From an uncultured Candidatus Poseidoniales archaeon (lineage in GTDB: Archaea > Thermoplasmatota > Poseidoniia > Poseidoniales > Poseidoniaceae), in assembly GCA_964526445.1 (NCBI GenBank), contig CAZGIY010000001.1, positions 20,363-84,362 on the forward strand: 64,000 nt of DNA, given 5' to 3'. The notes under the pieces are model-generated. The model was not told the DNA's origin. It saw only the letters and a program-made list of their open reading frames with translations, and made no database searches. Shown piece by piece: positions 39,690-49,583 of this stretch. A program made the translations under genes and the position numbers. How positions within the stretch are numbered: the first letter of the stretch is position 1; each line of letters starts with the position of its first letter.

Positions 39690-40529
39690 ATGATGGCGGC
39701 AGAACTGAGCAGATGTGCTGAATTGGAGGCCCTTGCAAATCGCTGTCGCGGACACATTCTGAGGATGACACATCGAGCTGCTGCTGGCCACCCGGGCGGG
39801 TCATTGTCGGAAGTTGATATCCTTGCAGCCCTCTATTCAGGGCATTTACGTGTGCGCCCTGAAGAACCAAACTGGCCAGATAGAGACCGGTTTATTCTAT
39901 CAAAGGGACATGCTAGTCCAGGTATGTATGCAATATTGGCTGAATCGGGATTCATTTCTCATGAAGATTTGGAATCTTATCGCGTTCTTGGGGGAGTTTG
40001 TCAGGGTCATGTTGACATGAAGTGGACGCCAGGTGTTGACTTCAGCGCGGGCTCTTTGGGAATGGGGCTTTCATTCGGCATGGGTTGTGCATTAGCGGCG
40101 CGTCTCGAAGATAGTGAAAGGGACATTTGGGTCATGTTAGGCGATGGTGAACTACAGGAAGGCAGTGTGTGGGAAGCAGCGATGGCAGCTAGGCACCATG
40201 AGTTAGGTAATCTCAAGGTAGTTGTTGATCATAACAGAATTCAGAATGATGATTTTGTCGAGGCTCAGATGCGTATGTTTGATGTCGCTGCTAAGTGGCA
40301 AGGATTTGGTTGGCAAGTCAAAGAAATAGATGGCCATGACATGCAGGAGATACTCGAAGCATTGGAATGGGCCAGTTCCATGCATTTACCTGCCGTCATC
40401 ATAGCTCATACTGTGAAGGGCAAAGGTATCTCTTACATGGAGAATAATCCATCCTTCCATGGCGCAGCTCCAAATGATGAACAATTGGCACTTGGGTTAG
40501 AGGAACTTAGTTTGGAGGTGGAATTATGA
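39690..40529 (+). CDS. Transketolase, N-terminal subunit
   Basis: GHPGGSLS, DRFILSKGH, GSLGMG, GDGELQEG, TVKGKG. Confidence 0.95.
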   Translation: MMAAELSRCAELEALANRCRGHILRMTHRAAAGHPGGSLSEVDILAALYSGHLRVRPEEPNWPDRDRFILSKGHASPGMYAILAESGFISHEDLESYRVLGGVCQGHVDMKWTPGVDFSAGSLGMGLSFGMGCALAARLEDSERDIWVMLGDGELQEGSVWEAAMAARHHELGNLKVVVDHNRIQNDDFVEAQMRMFDVAAKWQGFGWQVKEIDGHDMQEILEALEWASSMHLPAVIIAHTVKGKGISYMENNPSFHGAAPNDEQLALGLEELSLEVEL

Positions 40530-41464
40530 TGGCTGCATCTAGAGATGGTTATGGCCAAGGCCTGTTGGATATATCTGATGATGACAAGGTTGTCGTACTC
40601 GAGGCCGATCTCGGTAAATCAACCAAGTCTCTTCATTTCCGAGGCAAGTTTCCTGAGAGGACAGTATCTTGCGGAATTGGTGAGCAAAATATGATGCTGA
40701 TTGCTGCTGGAATGGCTTCTAGCGGATACAAACCTTTTGCCAGCACCTTCGCAATCTTCACAGAAAGAGCATTCGAGCAGGTACGAAACGGTATAGCGCG
40801 GCCAAACCTTCCCGTGCACATTTGCGGGAGTCATGGAGGTACACATACTGGGACAGATGGCAGTAGTGCTCAGTCGATTGAAGATTTGGCGATTTACAGA
40901 ACACTTCCAAACATGACGGTCATGCATCCATGCGATGATGTTAGTGCAGCAGCATTGACAAGACAATGCTTGGATTTGAAAGGCCCTTCGTACATGAGAA
41001 CGGCAAGGAACAAAACTCCAGTTATACATGGAGAACGTATTGATGAATTGCAAATTGGCAAAGGAGTGGTACTCAAGGAAGGACACGATGTAGCAATCAT
41101 CGCTTGCGGAGTACTAGTGTCCAAGTCTCTTGAAGCAGCAGCGAAACTTGAGGCAGATGGTATTTCTGCTACAGTTGTCGATATGCACACCATCAAGCCT
41201 CTAGATACTGAGTTAGTTGATCGAATAGTTGCAACAACCGGTTGTCTAGTGTCCGCTGAAGACCATTCAATTATCGGTGGTCTTGGAGGTGCCTTGGCCG
41301 AGCACCTATGTTCGACAAACCCAGTGCCATTGGAGAGAGTTGGCGTCAGAGATAGGTTTGGAGAATCTGGGCAAGCAGAAGAGATGCTTGATCTTCTTTC
41401 AATCAATACTGGAGATATAATCGAAGCAGCGATGCGAGCAATAACGAGGAAAAAAGGAGTTTGA
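40526..41464 (+). CDS. Transketolase, C-terminal subunit
   Basis: ADLGKST, GIGEQNM, RAFEQ, TIKPLD, EDHSIIGGLG. Confidence 0.95.
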   Translation: MMAASRDGYGQGLLDISDDDKVVVLEADLGKSTKSLHFRGKFPERTVSCGIGEQNMMLIAAGMASSGYKPFASTFAIFTERAFEQVRNGIARPNLPVHICGSHGGTHTGTDGSSAQSIEDLAIYRTLPNMTVMHPCDDVSAAALTRQCLDLKGPSYMRTARNKTPVIHGERIDELQIGKGVVLKEGHDVAIIACGVLVSKSLEAAAKLEADGISATVVDMHTIKPLDTELVDRIVATTGCLVSAEDHSIIGGLGGALAEHLCSTNPVPLERVGVRDRFGESGQAEEMLDLLSINTGDIIEAAMRAITRKKGV

Positions 41465-41468
41465 TAGT

Positions 41469-42131
41469 ATGGAGTTTTTCTTAGACACAGCAGAAGTAGA
41501 AGAGGTTAGAGAAATTGCAACATGGGGGATTCTGGATGGAGTTACAACCAATCCAAGTTTGATTAAGAAATCAGGGCGAGATTTCAAGCAGGTTGTGCGT
41601 GAAATTGCAGAGATTTGCGATGGCCCTATTTCAGCAGAAGTTACGGCACTTGATACGGATGGAATGGTGGCAGAGGGCTTGGTTTTGAAGGAAGAGTTAC
41701 CTGAAAATGTAATCATTAAGATTCCATGTACCCCAGAAGGATTGGCGGCAACAAAGCTCCTTTCAGATGAAGGAATTGGAGTTAATGTAACTTTGATTTT
41801 CAACGCTTCGCAGGCCGTTATGGCTGCCAAAGCGGGAGCGATGTACGTCTCCCCATTTATCGGAAGAATTGATGACACGGGCGCAGATGGTATGGACCTT
41901 ATAGCCGAAATAATGACGATTTGGGACCAGTATCCTGAATTGGACACCAAGGTTCTAGCTGCTTCAATCCGTAATCCTATGCATATACTACAATGCATGC
42001 AGATGGGAGCACATACCGCAACAATGCCTACCAAGATATTTCGTCAACTCGTCAAACATCCGCTTACTGACAAGGGTCTACAACAATTTCTCGATGATTG
42101 GGCAGAAGTTGAGGCCGCAGGTAATGCTTGA
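41469..42131 (+). CDS. tal: Transaldolase (small TalC/FSA type)
   Basis: FFLDTA, GVTTNPSL, IKIP, NVTLIF, YVSPFIGR, AASIRNP, HPLT. Confidence 0.92.
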   Translation: MEFFLDTAEVEEVREIATWGILDGVTTNPSLIKKSGRDFKQVVREIAEICDGPISAEVTALDTDGMVAEGLVLKEELPENVIIKIPCTPEGLAATKLLSDEGIGVNVTLIFNASQAVMAAKAGAMYVSPFIGRIDDTGADGMDLIAEIMTIWDQYPELDTKVLAASIRNPMHILQCMQMGAHTATMPTKIFRQLVKHPLTDKGLQQFLDDWAEVEAAGNA

Positions 42132-42238
42132 CATATTTTGTGCATTTTATCTATATTCTTGTGCATCACCCCCTATGGGGGGTGCCTCAAAAGCCTTGAA
42201 GAAGGGATGCAGGCCCACCGGTGGTGGGAGGAGTATAC

Positions 42239-42787
42239 TTGAGCGATGCCAGGGCAAGGCTTCAGCAGTTATTGGATGGGGACATGGACCCCTCTGAAAT
42301 TGTCAAAGATCCGACGCTTGCTAGTTTGGCTGAACGCATCTATGGGATGGATATCAAGGCATTGTTAAGTGAGAAAGGGATCTCTATCAAAGATAGCGAA
42401 GAGGTATCTATTGCAAGGCCTCAGAGTTCAGGTTCAGATATGTTGATTGAAGTTGTGCCGGAAACCAGCACACCTCTACCTACATTGCTTCCTCCAGCTG
42501 CTATACCTGAACAGGCGCAGACAAATTCTAGACGTCCATTGGTCATTTTCCTCGGACTATTCGTCCTTGTTCTCGCAATTTACAATCTCGTGATTGGAAT
42601 TGGAGAATTATACAATCCTTGTACTACAGATTGGTGTACTACTAACAAGAAGCTGATTTGGTTAGCCCCCCATCAAATTTCCAATGATGCTGGCTGGGGT
42701 GCTGCGGGAACTCCCGGCATTCCAGATTATGCGATGATTGGAGGGGCTGCTGTACTCACTTTCCTTGGTCTACGCAAGAAGTCTTGA
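42239..42787 (+). CDS. Hypothetical membrane protein (2 TM)
   Basis: TTG start after GGAGGAG; two hydrophobic helices around a Cys-pair loop. Confidence 0.7.
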   Translation: MSDARARLQQLLDGDMDPSEIVKDPTLASLAERIYGMDIKALLSEKGISIKDSEEVSIARPQSSGSDMLIEVVPETSTPLPTLLPPAAIPEQAQTNSRRPLVIFLGLFVLVLAIYNLVIGIGELYNPCTTDWCTTNKKLIWLAPHQISNDAGWGAAGTPGIPDYAMIGGAAVLTFLGLRKKS

Positions 42788-42796
42788 GGTGGTGAA

Positions 42797-44320
42797 GTGA
42801 CACAACCTGCCAGAGCCAAGCGCGGTCTTCCTCCTAAGTCAGATTTCAACGAATGGTATCCATTCATCGTTGAGGCTGCGGAGTTGGTAGACAAGAGGTA
42901 TCCGATCAAAGGAATGGACGTTTGGAGGCCATATGGCTGGAAGACGATGCGCCTGATAGATAGTTTCACTCATTTGGAAATGGAAAGAACCGACCATGAA
43001 GAGGTACACTTTCCAATGCTAATTCCCGAGAGCCTACTCGAAAAAGAAAATTCTTTGGTTGCAAGATTAAAGGCTGCTCGTGAACAAGGAATAGATCCTG
43101 ATGAGTTGCGAATTGAAGAAGAAGAGGCTGGCTTCAAGAAGGAGGTATACTGGGTCAAGCATGCTGGAGAAAATGAGTTGGACATACCGATGTTCTTACG
43201 TCCCACTTCTGAAACTGCCATGTATACGCTCTTTCCTCTGTGGATAAGGAGTCATGGAGATCTTCCACTGAAGACGTACCAAATCGTCAATACTTTCCGC
43301 TATGAAACTAAGACTACGCGCTCATTCATTCGCGTAAGAGAGATTCATTTTTTCGAAGCACATACTGCTCATATTGACGAGGATTGTGCCAGTAGACAAA
43401 TTACCGAAGATTTGGAGATAGTGCGACGATTAATGGACGTTCTTTGCCTACCTGTTCTTATCGCCAAGCGTCCTGAATGGGACACCTTCCCTGGAGCATG
43501 GTATACTATTGCCATCGATGTCGTAATGCCAAATGGTAGAACTCTACAAGTTGCAAGTTGCCATCATTATAGAGACCAATGGGCCAAGGCCTTTGATATC
43601 AAGTACGAGGATGAGAATGGAAATCCAAAATTCTGTCATCAGACGACATACGGTATGTCTGAGCGTTTACTTGGAGCAGTTGTTGGTATGCATGGAGATG
43701 ATTCTGGATTGATAATGCCACCAAAGATTGCACCGGTTCAAGTGGTAGTCATTCCAGTATTGAAGAAGGATCAAAGTGATATGATTCGTGAACAAGCACG
43801 TATATTGATAGATGAACTCAAAGATTCTGGACTTCGTTGTCGTATGGATGATAGAGATGTCAGACCTGGGCAGAAATACTACGATTGGGAAATCAAGGGA
43901 GTTCCATTGCGGCTTGAATTAGGCCCTAGGGATATACAGAATGGCACTGTTTTCGCGGCTCGTAGAACCGGCGGTAAATCTCCACTCGACCGTAATGATA
44001 TTGTAAATTTGGTCAATTCTGAATTGAACGCAGTCGAGGATGAACTGAAGCGACGCGCTACGGAACATATGGATGGTAGAGTAAGCCCGCTGTCTGAATT
44101 AGAAGTCATTGACGGAAATGTCTCACTTGGTTCAGAAATCGTTGATGGCATGGTCTATGAAATTGCATTCGATGGTAATAATGCGGAGGCTGAGATGATA
44201 GAAAGGGCAACTGGGCTTTCATTCCTCGGTGATGCGGTAGAGGATTTTACCGAAGATATGCAGTGTGCAGTTACTGGAAAAACCACTCGACGTAGAGTGT
44301 GGCTCGCCAAGACTTACTGA
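42797..44320 (+). CDS. proS: Proline--tRNA ligase (archaeal/eukaryal type)
   Basis: RYPIKG, LRPTSET, FRYETK, IRVREI, TTYGMSER, WEIKGVPLR, terminal AKTY. Confidence 0.97.
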   Translation: MTQPARAKRGLPPKSDFNEWYPFIVEAAELVDKRYPIKGMDVWRPYGWKTMRLIDSFTHLEMERTDHEEVHFPMLIPESLLEKENSLVARLKAAREQGIDPDELRIEEEEAGFKKEVYWVKHAGENELDIPMFLRPTSETAMYTLFPLWIRSHGDLPLKTYQIVNTFRYETKTTRSFIRVREIHFFEAHTAHIDEDCASRQITEDLEIVRRLMDVLCLPVLIAKRPEWDTFPGAWYTIAIDVVMPNGRTLQVASCHHYRDQWAKAFDIKYEDENGNPKFCHQTTYGMSERLLGAVVGMHGDDSGLIMPPKIAPVQVVVIPVLKKDQSDMIREQARILIDELKDSGLRCRMDDRDVRPGQKYYDWEIKGVPLRLELGPRDIQNGTVFAARRTGGKSPLDRNDIVNLVNSELNAVEDELKRRATEHMDGRVSPLSELEVIDGNVSLGSEIVDGMVYEIAFDGNNAEAEMIERATGLSFLGDAVEDFTEDMQCAVTGKTTRRRVWLAKTY

Positions 44321-45534
44321 TCATCTCTTTCGATGAGTGATCTGATTGCTTCCGCAATAGCTTGGTTATCTTTCAAAGCCCAATGTTCTCCATTTTGGTC
44401 AACAAGATGGGCTCGCGGTTTGGATTCATTATCAATATCCTCAAGTCTGTTTGCAATAACAGCAGTCATACCTGCTCTTTCTATTTGAGAAGACGCGCGA
44501 TGTACCAGATCGGCCATCTTCACACCTGATTCTAGTTTGAAACCTATTCTGATACTTCCTTCACAGACTTCTTGTAATTTTACGATATGTTTAGACCCCT
44601 CAATCAATGAAATCTGCCAATCTCCTTGCATTGAACCGAACTTACCCTCAAGCGAGTCTTTGACCACATAGTCTAATACTGCAGCACAATGAATCCATGC
44701 ATCGATTCGATCGTTTGAAAGCGCAATCAATTCCTCAAGCATTTCATCAGGATCTGGTGCGCTAATAACTAGTGGCATGTCGAATGCAGGTTTTACAGAG
44801 TGAACTCCTGCAACCACTGTTACATCATGTCCATGTCTGTACAAATTTTCTGCAACCGACCATCCTGTTGCACCACTACTCATGTTCTGGATGAATCTGA
44901 CATCATCAATCATACTCCTAGTTGCACCCAGAGTAATCACGACTGACCGACGATTTTCCATCTTGGAGTTGAGCATATGCGCGAAAGCGGCTACAATACT
45001 AGTGTGATCATCCTGTTTGCGTTTACCTTCAACTGATGGGCCCCAATGAAGACGCATTCCAAATCGCTTCAATTCAATTTGAATTTCTTCAGTAATAGGA
45101 TCAGAAGCTAGATCTTCATGCATACTAGGAACAAGCATAATCGGCAATTGTCTGCCGCGTGCTGCTGAAACAGCCATTAAGAGAGGGGTGTCCATCATTC
45201 CTTGTAACAATCCTGCCATGTGATGTCTTGTTGTAGGACAAACCAGTACTGCATCGAAATCATCGAGTTGCTTCATTTCCCCCTCCCAGTCGCTGATAAC
45301 TTGCGCATCACTCGCCCAAGACATGGCAAGAGGAGATATGATGTTCTGGGCAGAGTGTGTCATAATTACAATGACATCTGCACCGTGTCTGCGCAATTCT
45401 CGACATACTTTGACCGATTCGACAGCGGCAATCCCTCCAGTGACTCCTAAGAGGACCCGCTTGCCTGAAAGGCTGTTACCATGCAGGTCTACGCCGGTAT
45501 CTCGCAATCTCTCCACGAAACTTCGTAGAAGCAT
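44314..45534 (-). CDS. coaBC: Bifunctional PPC decarboxylase/synthetase
   Basis: GVTGGIAA, PSMH, IDDVRFIQNMSSGATG, AAVLDY, IGFKLE. Confidence 0.92.
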   Translation of the reverse strand: MLLRSFVERLRDTGVDLHGNSLSGKRVLLGVTGGIAAVESVKVCRELRRHGADVIVIMTHSAQNIISPLAMSWASDAQVISDWEGEMKQLDDFDAVLVCPTTRHHMAGLLQGMMDTPLLMAVSAARGRQLPIMLVPSMHEDLASDPITEEIQIELKRFGMRLHWGPSVEGKRKQDDHTSIVAAFAHMLNSKMENRRSVVITLGATRSMIDDVRFIQNMSSGATGWSVAENLYRHGHDVTVVAGVHSVKPAFDMPLVISAPDPDEMLEELIALSNDRIDAWIHCAAVLDYVVKDSLEGKFGSMQGDWQISLIEGSKHIVKLQEVCEGSIRIGFKLESGVKMADLVHRASSQIERAGMTAVIANRLEDIDNESKPRAHLVDQNGEHWALKDNQAIAEAIRSLIERDDQ

Positions 45535-45602
45535 TCGCACAAAGCCCCTTCGCACCAGCAAGCACCGGTTGAATGATGAGGTACTCTTGTTTGGGGGGTG
45601 CA

Positions 45603-46190
45603 ATGGCGAATGATCCGAATGAATTGGTGATGGCTGGAAGTGTCCCAAATTCGACGCAACATCCCCTAGAGGTTCTGCACCGTCAAATCAGTTTTGTCAT
45701 GATAGGGACGATCTTCCTGTTCGCCTTATTCGTGTGGACAATTTTCAATACGATTTCTAGTGGTTTTGGATGGGTCTCATTGTTCCCTTGTATAATTCTA
45801 GGAGTAATATGGTCTGGTTTCAAGAATCGTAGAGAATGGGCTTATCCTTTTGCAGTCGCGTTAAATGCAGCAGCAATCGTACTCTTTGGAATACTAGCAT
45901 TCATGTTTATTTTCAGCGGAGATATGTTGTCTCTATTGTTGGGAGTATTATTGATGTTCACAGCAGTATCTTCAATTCGTCGATTAAATATAATGAGAAA
46001 TGTATTGTTCAAAGCATGGTATTTGGGCATGGAGATCCCCATCCATGGCACAGGGTTGGATGAAGGTGAGATATACGCTAGTTGCCCACATTGTTCTTCG
46101 ATTCTAGCAATAAGGCCAATGCAATTAACGCGGGAGGATGACTGCCCATCATGTGGACAACCTCTGGTGCTAAGCCAAGAAGAAGAATGA
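45603..46190 (+). CDS. 4-TM membrane protein with C-terminal zinc ribbon
   Basis: Hydrophobic helices; CPHC...CPSCG. Confidence 0.75.
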   Translation: MANDPNELVMAGSVPNSTQHPLEVLHRQISFVMIGTIFLFALFVWTIFNTISSGFGWVSLFPCIILGVIWSGFKNRREWAYPFAVALNAAAIVLFGILAFMFIFSGDMLSLLLGVLLMFTAVSSIRRLNIMRNVLFKAWYLGMEIPIHGTGLDEGEIYASCPHCSSILAIRPMQLTREDDCPSCGQPLVLSQEEE

Positions 46191-46197
46191 TTCAACT

Positions 46198-47223
46198 TCA
46201 GCGTGAAGCCAATGTAAGGTTCTTCCACATATCTTCTGGAACTTCCATGGAGAGTCTCAAACCACCCATGGCACCGAGTCGAACAGGATCATCAACTACG
46301 TGTACATTTATTTCTCCCAAATCAGAGAGTCTCTCCTCAATCAATGCACCAAGACCTCGAATTCCTGAGCCACCTCCTGCTAGAATCATATTACGACGGA
46401 ATGAGTCATGGTATTCTGGGTTCGATGAAGCAATAAGTGCCTTAACTCTCTCAACAATCGGGTCGACAATACTTTCACAAGCATTCTGAATACAATCAGT
46501 AATATCGAGAGTCATCGCTTTACCTTCGATGGAGAAATCTACCATAATTGGATCATCAGGTGGTGATGCCCCTGTAAAGGAGTGCTCTTCCTTCCATCTT
46601 CGAGCCATATCCTTGGTCACTTGAGCGCCGTTGTACTTTATCTGTACTTGTTCGATGATTTGGTTATCTACGTAATCCCCAGCATACTGTGTGTGAACCT
46701 GGTCATCTGGTTCTGGAATTGTACCATATACTCTGCATACGTCAGTTGTTCCTGCACCGATATCAATAACCAAAGTGTGTTCAAGCATGTCCAAAGCATA
46801 AGCAACAGCGAATGGTTCAGATATAATCATACAAGCATTTACAGTTCCGGCTGCAGCGTCAAAGATGTATGTCTTATCGACATATGATGCCTCAGCAGGT
46901 GCTCCAATCACTGCTACCACTCTATCGTATTCTTCAGGGTCTGCCAGACCGATTAGATGGGTGATGAAATGGGCGATGAATTCTCTGTCCTTCTGAGTAT
47001 CCTTGATTACACCGTGTTCCAAAGGCCGGAAGAGATCAAGAGCCAATCGATTCTTCAGTGCTTCTTCTCCAAATAGAACGTCTCTCTTGAGGAAGTTTCT
47101 GGCGATATGATCTTTCGGAGTACCAATAACAGTAAGTTCCTCTTCCTCGTGATTATCACTCGATACCATTACGGAACGGAAGGTTCCCAAGTCCACTCCA
47201 ATATACAGTACATCTTCAGCCAT
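46198..47223 (-). CDS. Actin-like ATPase, MamK/MreB-like
   Basis: IGVDLGT, GTPKD, RPLEHGV, SEPFAVAY, VIDIGAGTTD, ILAGGGSGIRG. Confidence 0.9.
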   Translation of the reverse strand: MAEDVLYIGVDLGTFRSVMVSSDNHEEEELTVIGTPKDHIARNFLKRDVLFGEEALKNRLALDLFRPLEHGVIKDTQKDREFIAHFITHLIGLADPEEYDRVVAVIGAPAEASYVDKTYIFDAAAGTVNACMIISEPFAVAYALDMLEHTLVIDIGAGTTDVCRVYGTIPEPDDQVHTQYAGDYVDNQIIEQVQIKYNGAQVTKDMARRWKEEHSFTGASPPDDPIMVDFSIEGKAMTLDITDCIQNACESIVDPIVERVKALIASSNPEYHDSFRRNMILAGGGSGIRGLGALIEERLSDLGEINVHVVDDPVRLGAMGGLRLSMEVPEDMWKNLTLASR

Positions 47224-47297
47224 TTGCTCGCCTCATTACGCGGGACTTGAAGCGGACTTATGAAGCATACCACAGAAGTATGCCTGGTATGGCTTCC

Positions 47298-48299
47298 TCA
47301 TACCCATGTTTCACAGGGAGAGCAATACCATGCTGCGTACTCAGGATAAAGGTCAGCCATGCCTCCACAACCGGTGCATTCCTTGACTGCTCTATCTCCG
47401 AAAATACCCATAACTATGCGCACGTGGTCAGCATCTGAAATCCCCAGTTGTTCTCTCATCGCCCATAGCATCTGGTCTTCACTTGGCGAAATTATCCCAT
47501 CCTCCAGCACGATTTGAACTGCCGCTTGATAATCTTCGACCATTCGTACATCACGGGCGTCCATTGATACACCTCCCTTTTCAGCCACTAAATCTTGACC
47601 TCCAGGGTCGTCAACATAGATTACTAGTGATGCTGAATCCAATTGTGTATTTTTCATTTCAAAGAGGATGGAGGCGCCATCATTAGAAGCATAAACAAAG
47701 TTTGACAATCGATTGATTATACTGGCCATGTTACGCGCAGTATCTTCGATTGTACGTCCTCGGCGCCAACCTCTACTATCATCCTCATCATAACCATAGA
47801 ATTCGGTCCCCCTTCCGGGATATTCCAAACGAACTTCCTCTCCGCCATCGAATTCGTTGTTAAGCAAGGTAACCGATGCGATCACCGTATTGCCAATGTT
47901 ATCATCGTCATCAAAGGAAATCATCAGTGGTTTACGTTCTTCATTAGCAACATTGAATGTCCCTTGTAAACCTGTCATCCACTTATCTTCAAGACGCTGT
48001 AGACTGGCTTCTTGTTCTCTTGAGAGGTCCTTATTAATCCCTAAAACTCCTCTCAATTGACCGCTCTCCATCTCTTGTCTGAATTCATCAATCAACTCAG
48101 CATCTCTACGATGATTGGGAGGGGGGCCTCTGGTAGCTTGAACATGATTCGGGTCTTTCCATTCATGGGAACATTTCACACATATCAGGAACCCTGCCAA
48201 TGATGAGGGCTCAGCCTCTCCCCTGCATCGTGGGCAGTCGCCTTCTTCATCGACGTTCAGATTCTCGCCTGCAGCCTTTCTTCCTCGCCTGATGCCCAT
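47298..48299 (-). CDS. Hypothetical protein: N-terminal zinc finger, TerB-like helical hairpin, C-terminal zinc ribbon
   Basis: CPRC...CVKC; LEDGIISPSEDQMLWAMREQLGISD; CTGC...WYCSPC. Confidence 0.75.
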   Translation of the reverse strand: MGIRRGRKAAGENLNVDEEGDCPRCRGEAEPSSLAGFLICVKCSHEWKDPNHVQATRGPPPNHRRDAELIDEFRQEMESGQLRGVLGINKDLSREQEASLQRLEDKWMTGLQGTFNVANEERKPLMISFDDDDNIGNTVIASVTLLNNEFDGGEEVRLEYPGRGTEFYGYDEDDSRGWRRGRTIEDTARNMASIINRLSNFVYASNDGASILFEMKNTQLDSASLVIYVDDPGGQDLVAEKGGVSMDARDVRMVEDYQAAVQIVLEDGIISPSEDQMLWAMREQLGISDADHVRIVMGIFGDRAVKECTGCGGMADLYPEYAAWYCSPCETWV

Positions 48300-48354
48300 T
48301 CCCATAAAAAGGGCAGACCTGCTCTTGTCAAAGAAGGTTTGCGAAGGTGAACCC

Positions 48355-49494
48355 TCAATAATTTCGTAGAATGGTGGCGATTCCCATGCCTCCACCAATA
48401 CACATTGTTGCAAGTGCATATTCCCCTCCGGTACGTTGCAACAATGATGCAGCCTTACCAGTAATTCTAGCGCCACTGGCACCTAATGGATGTCCAATAG
48501 CCAATGCTCCTCCATCGATATTGACTCTATCGTCATCGGAATCCAAGCCTAAATCAGCCATTACTGCCAAGGACTGAGCCGAAAAAGCCTCATTCAACTC
48601 GATTACATCTATATCGTCTAGAGATATACCCGCACGATTAAGTGCCTTGATACTGGCCTTTACAGGGCCAATCCCCATGATTTCAGGAGCGACGCCAATT
48701 ACTGCACTGGAAACTATTGTGGACATGGGATTCAAACCATACTCTTCTGCATGTTCTTGTGAACACACAACGGTGAAAGCAGAGCCGTCTGTCAAAGGAG
48801 ATGAAGTGGCGGCCGTAACTGTTCCATCCTCCTTGAATGCAGGTGCAAGGCCAGCCATTCTCTCCATGGTTGTTCCAGCACGAATGCAACCATCCTCTGA
48901 GATGATTTTCTCAGCATTAGTTATTGAAACCAATTCAGTATCCAGATGTCCAGATTCTCTTGCAGATGCTGCTTTGGCATGACTGTTGAGGGCGAAGAGT
49001 TCCTGTTCTTGCCGATCTATGGAGTATGATTCTGCGAGATTCTCAGCTGTCAAACCCATATTGATGTAAGCCTGAGGATAACTATTCTCTAACTCAGGGT
49101 GCAAGTCGCGATTCCAACCCCCTCGCTTGACAAGAGACATACTTTCAACGCCGCCACAAAGAAACAATTCTCCTGCATTAGTTGCAATAGCACCTGTTGC
49201 ATCATGAATACTTTGCATGGAAGAACCGCACAAGCGATTAGAGGTCACCCCAGGTATACTTGCAGGAAGTCCACTGAGGTATGTTGTGATTCGACCTATA
49301 TTCAATCCCTGAACGCCTTCAGGATATGCACATCCTATCTTCAAGTCCTCGATCAAACCAATGTCAATTCCTGTTCTATCTATCAATTCCTTGACCACTT
49401 GTGAGGCCATATCCTCAGGCCTTGTAGTGGCCAAATCTCCCTTGTGAGCGCGGTGAAAAGGTGAGCGGGCATATCCGGCCAAGACTGCAGTCAT
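48355..49494 (-). CDS. Thiolase (acetyl-CoA C-acyltransferase)
   Basis: NRLCGSS, GGVESMS, ELNEAF, GHPLGASG, CIGGGMG. Confidence 0.95.
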   Translation of the reverse strand: MTAVLAGYARSPFHRAHKGDLATTRPEDMASQVVKELIDRTGIDIGLIEDLKIGCAYPEGVQGLNIGRITTYLSGLPASIPGVTSNRLCGSSMQSIHDATGAIATNAGELFLCGGVESMSLVKRGGWNRDLHPELENSYPQAYINMGLTAENLAESYSIDRQEQELFALNSHAKAASARESGHLDTELVSITNAEKIISEDGCIRAGTTMERMAGLAPAFKEDGTVTAATSSPLTDGSAFTVVCSQEHAEEYGLNPMSTIVSSAVIGVAPEIMGIGPVKASIKALNRAGISLDDIDVIELNEAFSAQSLAVMADLGLDSDDDRVNIDGGALAIGHPLGASGARITGKAASLLQRTGGEYALATMCIGGGMGIATILRNY

Positions 49495-49583
49495 ACATCG
49501 GCCAATACATGGATGCTGTTCAACATCACGGTCACCTCAACCGTTCAGGTTATGAAGAAGGGGCGGTTGGACCGCCTGATTCC

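Noticed and set aside
41399..42034. 211-aa minus-strand ORF
   Set aside because: Antisense shadow of transaldolase
46198..47223. Magnetosome island
   Set aside because: No other mam/mms genes; neighbours are housekeeping or hypothetical
48300..48482. Long N-terminal extensions in the ORF track (also kae1, coaBC, kptA, rps12, mqnE)
   Set aside because: They overlap neighbouring genes or promoters; downstream ATGs fit family starts and SD sites better
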